Shown here piece by piece: positions 53,611 through 64,000 of a stretch of DNA of 64,000 nucleotides; position 1 is the first letter of the stretch, and each line of letters starts with the position of its first letter. The position numbers and the translations under genes are program-made. Below the pieces are notes generated by a model, which saw only the letters and a program-made list of their open reading frames with translations, made no database searches and was not told where the DNA came from. Origin of the DNA: Amoebidium appalachense (taxonomy: Eukaryota; Protista; Ichthyosporea). The stretch is taken from positions 1,922,001 through 1,986,000 of the forward strand of contig CAVNZM010000012.1 in NCBI GenBank assembly GCA_963693365.1, read 5' to 3'.

Positions 53611-55778
53611 CAAGATGTTATATATATGCACTGCTACCACATGTCTAAATAGTGGTAATATCATGGATATATTCATCAAAGATAGAAAAAGAACTGCTGG
53701 GGACTCGTTCACAGTGATTGTTATGCAGTTATTTCTGGCTCTTAGGAATTCTGAAAGTATGAAATGTGCATTTGTTTACAAACGTATTACTGATTCCCCC
53801 TGCATGAGGGAAAGCAGTCTTTCGGTGACTGTGTGTCGTGAGTGAATGGGCGTCAAAAACTGCGAGTCTGCGAGTCGCTCCAAAAGCAAGCCCTCCTTAT
53901 CTATCCTATCATAACGAGGCCTTGTCCAAAGTGTACGTGTGTGTGCATGGCGCGCTTTCTTGTTTGAATAACGGGTTCGGCGTGTGCTTACAAACTGGCC
54001 TGATCAGCCTGATCCGAACACTGTTATCCGGCCATATACTTGCACATGCACCGTATGTTGTACAAATGTCGAGGAATCCGACGGTGCGTTTCAGCAGAGA
54101 TTTCACAGCACATTTATTGGATCTAACATGACATGACCGTCCATGTGGATGCAACTGAAGCGTAAACGTATGTGCAATTGGCGGCGCGGGCCCGGACCCG
54201 GCCCGGCCCGCCGTTTTACACGCTGAACCCTTGTTAGCCCCAAAAAGTGACCTTTAGATCCATGCGCAGCTGCCTTATATAGTATGATCTGAAACTTTTG
54301 TCCAATGAAATCGTTATCGCTCCCAATTTGGAAAGTGACTTTCGGGCCAAAAAGCTACCTAATCGGATCGCTAAAACGGTTTGGGTCTCTGCACGGTAGT
54401 ATACCCGTGACTACTGACCCGGCCCGTATGAAAGGGATAGATATACGCGGCAGCGTTTTGATTCCTTTGCCAACTTCATGCCGAGTGAAGGGAGTACTTG
54501 CTTGTGTACTTACCCCCCCCAAATGAAAATTTTTGTGTTTTTCAATTTAAAGGTTTGGGCATTTCAGGGGCTGAACATTAGCATATATATGAATGACAGT
54601 GTATGCGCGCAGCGTGCATGCTTTGGTGTCATCGATTGCATGATCATGAACATATATCCGGTTTATTTTGTTGTCAAAAAAAAGCATAAGCTATCTCTAA
54701 TGTATAGTAAGCTATGAAGCCCAAATACGGAACGACACCCCTCAAACAACAGTTCTTTCCATCAAAGAGCACCCCTATTTCTGGTGTTATCTCTGATCCA
54801 CACCCGCGCCGCTATCTGCATGCGGAACTTATGCCCCAGTAATAAAGTTGTCCGCTACTCTGTGAGTGACCACGAGGCACGGCGCTTTAAAATCTGTTAG
54901 CATACAGTTACAAACGTGGGTGGTACGTTCGACTGTGCTTCCATATGCATGTCCGTTCGAGGGCTATATTCCAAAATCTACACATGGGCTAATGTGTTTA
55001 AGTTGCGGACCTATTTCACCGTATCCCCGAGTTCCTGTTTTCATGCACACTGACTTGAGTACCTATATGTGCGCAAACACCTGTCACGGCGCAATGGACT
55101 TATGGGGTTCTAGAGCAAGCCACTTTAGATGAGGGATCAACATCCACAAATCAATGATCCGACCCGAATCGATAAATACTCCAACCAGAGTACTATATGA
55201 CGTCATCATATAAAAACGCCTTGGCGCAGGGTCAGTTTTGCACGTGTTACTCTCTTTTTCTCACCATTTTACCCTAGCGTGACAGGGAACAAGCACATCA
55301 TAAAAAAACCGTAGAAAAATTCTTAGCGGGGTAATGGCTTAGTAAGTAGTGGTAGGCATTCAACGATTTCGAGCACCAATTTACGGATAACTTTGTAGTG
55401 TTTTGCGCACCCCATGACTACAATAATTTCTCGGAATGCTTGTTGGTATGGCTTATTTGCACTTTACGGGTTCTGGCACAGGGAGGCCATAGGCCTGAGC
55501 CAAGAAAAACGGCAAACTTGTTGCAAATGCGTGCCAAAGATGCATACTTTAATACCGTTCACGTTGTTGCTTTTGCACCACAGGTGCATTTTTCGTTTGA
55601 GAAACATTGACATCAGCTTTCAAATTCGTTTTTTTCGGTACACACTCTTCAAATAACCCTTTTAGCATCTAGTTACCACAAACAGTTCGAATAAAAACCA
55701 AACAAATCACCTTTAGTCCGAAAACGACAAATGAGTGTTGCGCAATGTACAGAAACTGACCAGTGGGCAGAAGGTACT

Positions 55779-57207
55779 TTAACGTGTAGTGTTTCTGCGT
55801 GATCGTACCGGGCCTGTGTTTGTGTTGACTTGGGTGCGTGTGCGTGGAGGAGCACCATATGTGATGTGGTTTTCGAAGCATGCACGTGTTTGATCATTGC
55901 AGAGAAACACATTACACTTGATGAAGTAGGTATGTGTCTGGTGGCGTTCCCCTTTGTTCCTAAAGCAGAGAACGCATCTACCTTTTCTTTCTTTTCTGGC
56001 ACGCTGGTGTCCGTATAGAGAGCATGGGGGGCAGGAGCAGCAGGGGGAAGGGGGTATTCTAGTGCAGGCAGGTTGGGGTTGCATATGAGTGCTTCTGCTA
56101 GCTCACGCTTGTGTCCATGCTCGTGTTTGTGGATTTGCCAAAGTATCTGTATGCAAAGTGTACATTTGCTACTACAAACACCAGAAGCCCCCCAAAGGTG
56201 CGGAGTTGGTGACGTTTAGTGCCCAAGGCTTCGTCCACAGAGCCGTTTAACATTCGTGTTTTGTTGAATATATCGGCCATGTTGTAGTTTTCGAAGTATT
56301 CTTCGACTGCTTTCGGTTGGGGGACGTCATTTCCGTTTCGTGATTTTCTCGGTTGACCCGGCTGAGTACTTGAACATGAGGTGATCACTTTCATACTGTA
56401 GTTCTTGTTTCTCCATATCACCGCAACGAGGTCTACTCCGTCCACACTGCACACTGCCTCCGACCATACACCACGTCCTTCCTCACATAGAAGGTCCAAC
56501 ATGTTGAGGGGAAAGTCTCTGGTTGCGGTTTTGACATTGAAAAGTGCGTAGAATCCGATTTTGTACACTTCCCTTGTCCCGGTTACTGACCCAAACCAGC
56601 TGTCTCCGAAGATCTTTCTGGGGTTACGGTGGGTGGGGTTGGCCCATGGGGTTAGAAGACGCAAGGTGGTGCCTGTTCCAGCTCCCAACTGTCGGTACGG
56701 TTTGTTTGCCATCCTAAGCTTCCCCTCGTTCATTTCGTAGTTAATGAATATGTTGGTTACACAGTCGTGTGCTGAGAGTTTTTATTTCTTGACCGAGAGG
56801 GCAAGGTTTTCGTTTTATGTAGATTTGGCACGGAAGGTTGCAGTGATAGCTGGCAAAGATGGCCTCGTCTTCGCATAATTCATCCCCGGGCTCGATAGAG
56901 CAACGGCACCGACTCTGCAGTGCTTCCATGAAACCGCATGTGTCTTTCAGTGATTGCGCAGAACTACTTCTGTGGTACCGTCAAAATCAAACTTTACTTT
57001 CCATTCACTGTCTTCGTTTGCCTTGCATCGTTTCACTACTGTGCCTACCAGTATTTGTGTGTCCCAGCTCAGGCCGAACTTCTTGTAAGACCAACGTGTG
57101 GTGTCAACTGTGAAATCTTCCCCCTGAACCCCGTCAAATATGTATGCAAAACAACAGACACGAGCTCCAGAATAAAGTGGCTCTATTGGGTCTGATGTTT
57201 CGGCCAT
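55779..57207 (-). pseudogene. Decayed piggyBac-superfamily transposase (frameshifts and internal deletions)
   Basis: Fragments in shifting frames: LCEDEAIF…YIKRKPCPLGQEIKTL (first D); IFGDSWFGSV (second D); YFENYNMADIFNKTR (third D); C-terminal Cys-rich domain RCVLC…KCNVFLC…CFENH (56084-55779). Frame breaks near 56940, 56765 and 56090. Confidence 0.88.
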
Positions 57208-57690
57208 GTTGGGCGCTCATCTTTTACATGAAACCCATGGCTTGTTGTGTTCGCGGACTCAGCAAGTTTCGTCCGTTTGATCATGAATCATGTTGTTGTC
57301 GAGCATGAATTCAAAAACTTGCAACAGCGTCGGCAACCAATAAAAGATCACGGCCATCTAGAAACACCGCATTTTCGGGGGGTGCGGCATGCCAGGAGCT
57401 ACTACTAGAGAGAAGGGGGGGGTATGATTGGAGGGGGGGGTGTTCAGCTAACCTTATATGGATAAAGCAAAGTTACAAGGATTCAAGCCATTGGTTGGGC
57501 AAGACCCCTTTTGCCGAATATGGATAACAGATCATACACTGCTGTCCCGGGCCAATTGGCGCGCTCTTTACTGGTCACAACCAGTCCGCGAAGGCCATGA
57601 GCAGCATTGCCGAGCACACTGGAATACGGGAATGTTTGCGGTAACGTAGTCGCACTAGGGGGGCAGGGGGCCAGGCCCCAAGTGTTTAAA

Positions 57691-59079
57691 ATGAAGCCAG
57701 GCTGCCCTAAGGGCACAACACAGCGCCCTGGGCATAAAACAGGCGGAGCTAGGGAGGGAGCTGGGCGCAAAAAAAAAGATGCTGCATTTGTTCAGCCTTT
57801 AGCGAACTTTGCAGGTTTTGGGACGGCAAACAAAGCTGTTTTGCAGGAACTAAACGTAAACGTACAACCCGAACAGCCCCCTCTATCTAAGGCCGCCGAC
57901 ATAAGGGCCCGTGTAGTTGAGGCAGGTAGCGTCCATTCGTTACCAAGAGAAATGGATCGGGCCCCTGCTCCACACCCACCAGACATACAGGTGCAACCCG
58001 ACGAGGAACCTTTGCTAAATGCAGCAGCAGATGCGTACCGGGTAGACGAGGATGAAGGGGAGGAAGAGGGAGAAGATAATACGGACGGGGATGACGGTGG
58101 AGAGGAGTTTTCTGACGCGGCGGGCGAAACAATCAAGTCGCACCTGCACACAGTGAAAGAGAGTCTCAAAGATGAGAAGACGCCTGTGGGGTGGCATCTT
58201 CCACCTCCCATTATAGGCTTTAAATTTGGGGGCGATCCAGCGCCTTTCTACAAACCCAGATGTTTTGCCTGGCTTCCGGAAAGGTTGTCTCCCGGTTTCA
58301 TGGTGCCGTGCCCCTTCGATGATCACTACGTGGACCCCCACAACCACCCCAACCCACACCGTACTTCTCGCAATGGGTTCATGAGCAACCCCGTAGGACG
58401 GCGTGTTATCGACTTTGACAGCTGCTACTACATTATCACGGCCCGGTACTTTTGTGACACATGCAAAAAAAACTTTGCCGGCACAAACCCCCAGACAATT
58501 AAACGCCTTCCACTCTTCATGCGTGATCAGTTTCCGGCCTACCTTAGCCACCGCAGTGGGCTCGACCTAAAGGTGGTAACATTGTTGCGTGCACTGGCAG
58601 ACAAAGGTGTGGGCCCAAACGCCTTTGCCACCCTCCTCTCGGAGCTCCACAAGCAGCGATACGACGAGCAGCGGCTCCTGTATTACTCGAGGGCGCTGCA
58701 TTGGACCAAGTATGAACTCAAAAAGCGTAACGATTTCCGCCCCCACGACCAGCGCCTGACAGAACTTCCCCCAGAGGAGCAGGCGGCTAAGTTCTCGGCG
58801 TTTGGTGACAAAAATGGTTACGCTGGACATGTGCCTTCAGGCAAGTGTGCACTGCATTTTGGGTGTGTAAATGGTCCCCATTGTTTTGTATGCACGTGCT
58901 TGGGCATTTTTTGGGTTGGCTTGGTAGGGTTTTGTTTTATTATTTTTTATTTTTTTTTTAGGGGGGGGGGGGGACTTGGAAATGGGTTTTGGAAGTGTGG
59001 TCAATAAGTTTCTATTATGGTGGTGGTGGATGTGTGGTGGTGGATGTGCGCCTGTGAGTGTGCGTGTACTTGTGGGTCC

Positions 59080-59110
<31 letters not shown>

Positions 59111-59384
59111 GGGGAGGGGGGGGGGGAGGGGGGGGGGGACATGGTGATGGATTAGGTGGTGGTGGTGGCAATCAGTCATGGTGGTGGTGGTGGTGGTGGT
59201 GGTGGTGGGGGGGGGGGGGGGGGGGGGGGGGGGGAGGGCAGAGGGATCATCAGAGGGGTGAAAGCATAACGGTCCATGTACCAGTGAGTGTGCTTGGGAA
59301 ATCGTGGAGAACTGTTATGCCTGAAATTAGATGGTGGGTGTGCGCATGTGTGTCTGTGTGTGTTGGGGGAAAGGAGGTGGAGAG

Positions 59385-59449
<65 letters not shown>

Positions 59450-59626
59450 TGGTGGTAGACTGGATCTTGGTGGCGGTACTTAATGGTTATTATAGTAGTG
59501 GCAGGAGGGTGTGGGGGGAAGGGCAAACGGACGTGCAGGGGACAAACTGCAGATGGGGCACAAAGGGGAAAGAAGGTGAAAGTTGGTGCAATGACTTGGA
59601 GGGTTTGCGCGCGCCGGGAGGCGGGG

Positions 59627-59666
<40 letters not shown>

Positions 59667-60103
59667 AACGGCCGGAGATGGGTGTGTAGCGTTTTTGAGA
59701 TGGGAAAAGCCATACAGACTTACGAAAATACAGAGAGGTGAGATGAACACGAGGGACTAGAGGGAATGGGGGGGATGGTCCTGATGGGAGGGTGGTGGAG
59801 TTCTAACAGTACTTGGGGTTCAGGCAAATACCTGAGTGCCGTGTATACTGAGTTCAGCGACCGCACGGCAAAGTACCAGAGCCTGGACACGCAGCTCAAG
59901 CCCGTAAACAACGTGCTCAAGGCCGACCACACCTTCCAAATTGGGAAGCTCACCGGCATCAATGGGGAGCCTCTGTACCGAGGCCTATGGACTTGTGTAA
60001 ACGAGCTTGGCGGTGTGTGGTCCCTCCTCTTCTCCCCCCTCCCCCCACTCTCCCCCAGGCCCCCTTCCCCCCCCCTCCCCCCCCCCCCACACACGCCCAC
60101 CCC

Positions 60104-60134
<31 letters not shown>

Positions 60135-60364
60135 ACACGCCCCCCTCCCCCCCTCCCCCCCTCCCCCCTCTAGGGCCTTTAAATCTCTTAGGCTCCACAT
60201 TTAATGAGGTGGCACACTGTGAGTAGAGGTTTGTAGTATGTGGGTTTTGGGGACAATTCTTGCCCTGTCGAGCAAAAACTAGGAAGCTCCAGATATGTGT
60301 GTATGTGTTTTTGCTGGGTAGAGATTGGGGTGGGCTGGGGTGGAGCTTTCTTTTGGCGGGGAAT

Positions 60365-60416
<52 letters not shown>

Positions 60417-61910
60417 AGCTTCTGCCAAGCAGAATGGGAGTAGGGGCCAGTGATTGCAAGGGATGCAGGGGGGGGGGGGGGGGGGGGGGGGAGAGACACC
60501 ACCGTCGGGGTTGAAGGTAGAGAGGGCAAGAGGCCCGGGGTGGGGTGGGGGGGGGGGGGGGGGGGGGGGACAGTAGGTGCCATATGGAGGGCTGTCCCAT
60601 GGTTTGGGGGGAGGGGGAGTGGGGAAGGATCGTGGGCACATGGGTTTGGGGGGAAGGCAGAGAGGGGGAAAGGATTGTGATCACAAGGGTTTAGGGGGAG
60701 GAAGGGGGAAGGATTGTAGGTACATGGGTTTAGGGGGAGGGGGGGGGGGAAGATTTTGGGGGAAAGGGAGGCCTGGGGAAAGTATGTGGGCACATGGGTT
60801 TGGGGGGAAGGAGGGGGAAGGGTTTTGGGGGAGAGGGAGGGGAAAGTATGTGGGCACATGGGTTTGGGGGGAGGGAGGGGGAAAGGATTGTGTGGGCACT
60901 GAAGTCTCGTGAAGGGCCATGTGGTAAGGGAAGCTAGAACATGCATGGCTGCTCGGAGATGCCCTCTCACACAGTGCGGCACCCCAGAGATCCGGGCGCA
61001 GGTATTTACACGGGACTGCAGCCACCAGGAGATTGAGCCCGTGATCCAGCGCATCTCTGCCACCACGGCGGCGCTCAACAGCAAGGGCCCGGCCTTCTTC
61101 TACACAGATCGGTGCTGCCAAGACCGGGCGTTTGTTGAGCGCATGTTTCCAACCCTAGCCCGGCCAAAATGCCCCGTCCGTCTGAACGAGGCTGCGCTGG
61201 TAAGCGTGACGGACGGTCTGCCTGGGCTGGAGCTGCCGGCCAACTACCCTAAGCCGGTGTACACCGACTGCCAGGGGGCGGTGGTGGCTACAGCGGCCAT
61301 TCGTGCCGACCTGGAGGGGCAGCAGCACCGCGTGGTGGGGCTGGACTGCGAGTGGGTCTATCGGGTGGGCCAGGCGCGGTCCAAGGTTTGCACGCTGCAG
61401 ATTGCCACCGCACGGGCCGTGTACATCTTCCACTTGGCACGCATGGGCCCCAACCACAGCCCGCCCGCGCGGCTGGTGGACGAGCTGATTGCGCTGCTTA
61501 GGGACCCCAGCATCATCAAGGTGGGCAAGCAGATCGGCACGGACTCGGCCCACCTCAACAAGGACTACGGCACCCCTGTGGCCAGCTATCTGGAGCTGGG
61601 CCGGTTCTGCTATGCCCGTGCAGCTATCACCTCTGCGGCCCGGGGCTTGGCCGACATCACTGCCCAGGTCATAGGCAAGAAGCTGCCCAAGCCGGCACTT
61701 GTTCGATGCTCCAACTGGCACGAGCCGCTATCAGAGGTGCAGGCCACCTACGCTGCCCTTGATGCATATGCGTCCCTGCAGGTCTACTCGGCCGTGGTCG
61801 ATAGGCCAAACCTGTCAGGTGTGTATCCCACCTGCTTTTTGCCCCAGTGCTTATGTGCTTATGCCAGATATAGAAAGATTGTGGGCCCCCCAGAGGAGAG
61901 GGGAGGGGGA

Positions 61911-61946
<36 letters not shown>

Positions 61947-62037
61947 GGCTGACCACATGGGCCAGTGTTCCAGTTGTGTTATGCTGGGTGTCGGGTGGCT
62001 ATCAAAGGAGGGGGTGATTGGTGGTGGTGGTGGTGGT

Positions 62038-62074
<37 letters not shown>

Positions 62075-62144
62075 CTATAGCACTGTTAACACGTGCAAGT
62101 GCCACACAAGCTGGGCACTGGGAGAGGGGGGGGGGAGGGGAGAA

Positions 62145-62178
<34 letters not shown>

Positions 62179-63104
62179 GCTAAGGAATATGCATTTGATT
62201 TTTGTGGAGCGAAGAGAAAAACGTTGGTGCTGTGGCTTTTTGGCTGAGTTTTTTGCTTCCCTCTATGACATGCAGCGCGGCTTCATGCAAAGGCACTCGG
62301 TGAAGGGGTTGAGATTGTGCCCCGGCGGGGCCCACATGCTGCAGCAGCCACCGGGGTGGTGCTGGCTGTGCAGCCGGAGCGCTGGGGGGGCATGAAGGTG
62401 GGCAAGAAGCATGCAGTGGTGCGGGTGGATCAGGTGCTGTCGCCGGCCATGCAGGTGCCCTTTGGCCCCGACAAGGGCAAGACCCTGGGAGAGCTGGGCC
62501 CGCCGCCCTTTGAGCTGATGGTGCACCTGCAGTGGCTACGGCCCATTCAGCCCCCACCGGACCCAGGTGCCGAGGTGCCGGTGGTCCCTGACCCAGCCCC
62601 TCCCCCTGCCGAGCAGCAGCAACCCCTTGCCGGCCCACAGGCACCCCCCCAGGACCCCCAGGCAGCCCCGGGGGGCCTTGAGGCAGCCCCAGGGGGACCC
62701 GAGGCAGCTCCCAGAGAGGGCATGTTGGGCCAGGCACCGCCTGGGGAGGTGGTGTGGCAGACTGTGCTGAATGACGCCTTCCACTCCATTGCAAACACGG
62801 CGGACGGCACGTACAAGTCACACCCCCGCAGGGCTGAGTACGCACGCGCACTCAGCGAGGCAATATTTGTGTGGAATGAAGAGGATTACGGACATGTGAA
62901 GGTGCCCCCCCCTCCCCCCCCCCCCCCAAAATAAAAAATAAAAAATAAAAATAAAAAAAACGGCAACAACAACATGCGTGACTGACGCGCACACACACAT
63001 ACACTCGTTAGCACACACTCACCATTCCACCCACAACCATGCACACCTTCGACAAAACTTCTGAGGGAAGAGAGAGAGCCTGAGCCTCAGAGAGAGGGGG
63101 GCAA

Positions 63105-63171
<67 letters not shown>

Positions 63172-64000
63172 GGGGGGGAGGAGAGTGGGGGTTATTCATA
63201 TGCCTAGAGAGAAATAATGTAGGGTTGTGGGGGGGAAAGAGCCACATGCATTTTTTACTTGTGTTGGGGGAGAAGATGGGGGGGGTGGAGGGGAGGGGTC
63301 CTACAATAACGGCAGGTATCAAAGTCTACCAAACCCAAATTGCAGTGTGCGTAGTAAATTAATATTGGCATCCTGCCTCACAGGGGGTGCCAATGGCGTG
63401 ATGGGCGGGCCAGAGGACTGTGAGGTCGAGGAGGGTGACGGTGCTGCCATGGGGGGGGGCAACCAGGTGGCGCGTGGTGCACCACAGCCGGACCCTGCAC
63501 TGAGGGGCGACTACAAGTTCCTGGCGCAGAAGCAACATGTGGCCATCCCCTTCCTTCCGGTGCTTACCCCTCAGGAGCGCAAGCTATTCAGCACGCTGCT
63601 CCTGGGCACCTACAAGGCACATGCAAAGCCCAACGGCCAGCTGTTCGAGGCTTTGGCCCAAGACTTCAACAAGGCTGCCTCTGTGGCTGGGGGAATCTAC
63701 ATGAAGGATGCGGCCTACATCAAGAAGCATTTCGACAAGTGGAAGACCTGGCAGACGGCACATGCACAGCGCTCCACACACGAGGGCCTGGCAGATCACC
63801 GCAAGCGTATGCGCGAGGAGAGGGCAGACGCTGTGCCAGCAACCATACGGCCTGCCCCCTTGCCACCCCTCCCTGTTCCAGACGGTGTCGATGCAGGGGC
63901 GCAGCGTGAGCGGCCCTTGCCCATGCTAGTGGGCAAAAAGCATCGCAACATTGGCCCTGAGGGGCCCCTGCAGATGGATTTGCCGGTGCCCCCTCCTATG
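57691..64000 (+). mobile_element. Spliced MULE/ISL3-like DDE transposase gene (DUF6729-like N-terminus) with an internal WRN/RNase D-type 3'-5' exonuclease; incomplete and runs off the right edge
   Basis: Exons 57691-58840, 59824-60012, 60988-61818, 62277-62901, 63384->64000. GGAREGAGRKK; Zn motif CP…GRRVIDFDSCYYIITARYFCDTC; FPAYLSHRSGLD; LKADHTFQ (D1); FYTDRCCQD (D2); exonuclease VGLDCEW / KVGKQIGTD / SNW…YAALDAY; VLNDAFH (DxxH); C-terminal FLAQKQ…LPVLTPQERKLF. Confidence 0.78.
60630..60900. repeat. Purine-rich minisatellite in transposase intron 2
   Basis: Repeated GTGGGCACATGGGTTTGGGGG(G)A-containing unit, ~5-6 degenerate copies. Confidence 0.7.

Overview
Intron-rich eukaryotic DNA, probably a non-animal opisthokont or protist (inference). 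Introns and intergenic DNA are saturated with (CA/GT)n microsatellites and poly-G/poly-C runs, so most ORFs in the track are spurious; I rebuilt genes by hand from splice sites and phase. Left to right: the 5' part of a NEDD4/Rsp5-family C2-WW ubiquitin ligase (minus, runs off the left edge) with two stacked TTAA-flanked foldback MITEs in an intron; eIF2-beta; a TMEM230/134-like two-TM protein; a PTTG1IP-like protein lacking the PSI domain; an intronless plant/bacterial-type pyruvate decarboxylase; a cluster of three related, apparently secreted precursor genes (33-48.6 kb); a DSBA/FrnE-like oxidoreductase; a decayed piggyBac transposase; and, head-to-head with it, a spliced MULE/ISL3-like DDE transposase with a WRN-type 3'-5' exonuclease inside its catalytic core (runs off the right edge). 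Each cluster gene ends in two copies of an unannotated CX3C-X12/13-CX3C helical-hairpin-type module, several preceded by furin/kexin-like sites. The best candidates for new biology are this peptide-precursor cluster and the exonuclease-bearing transposase.
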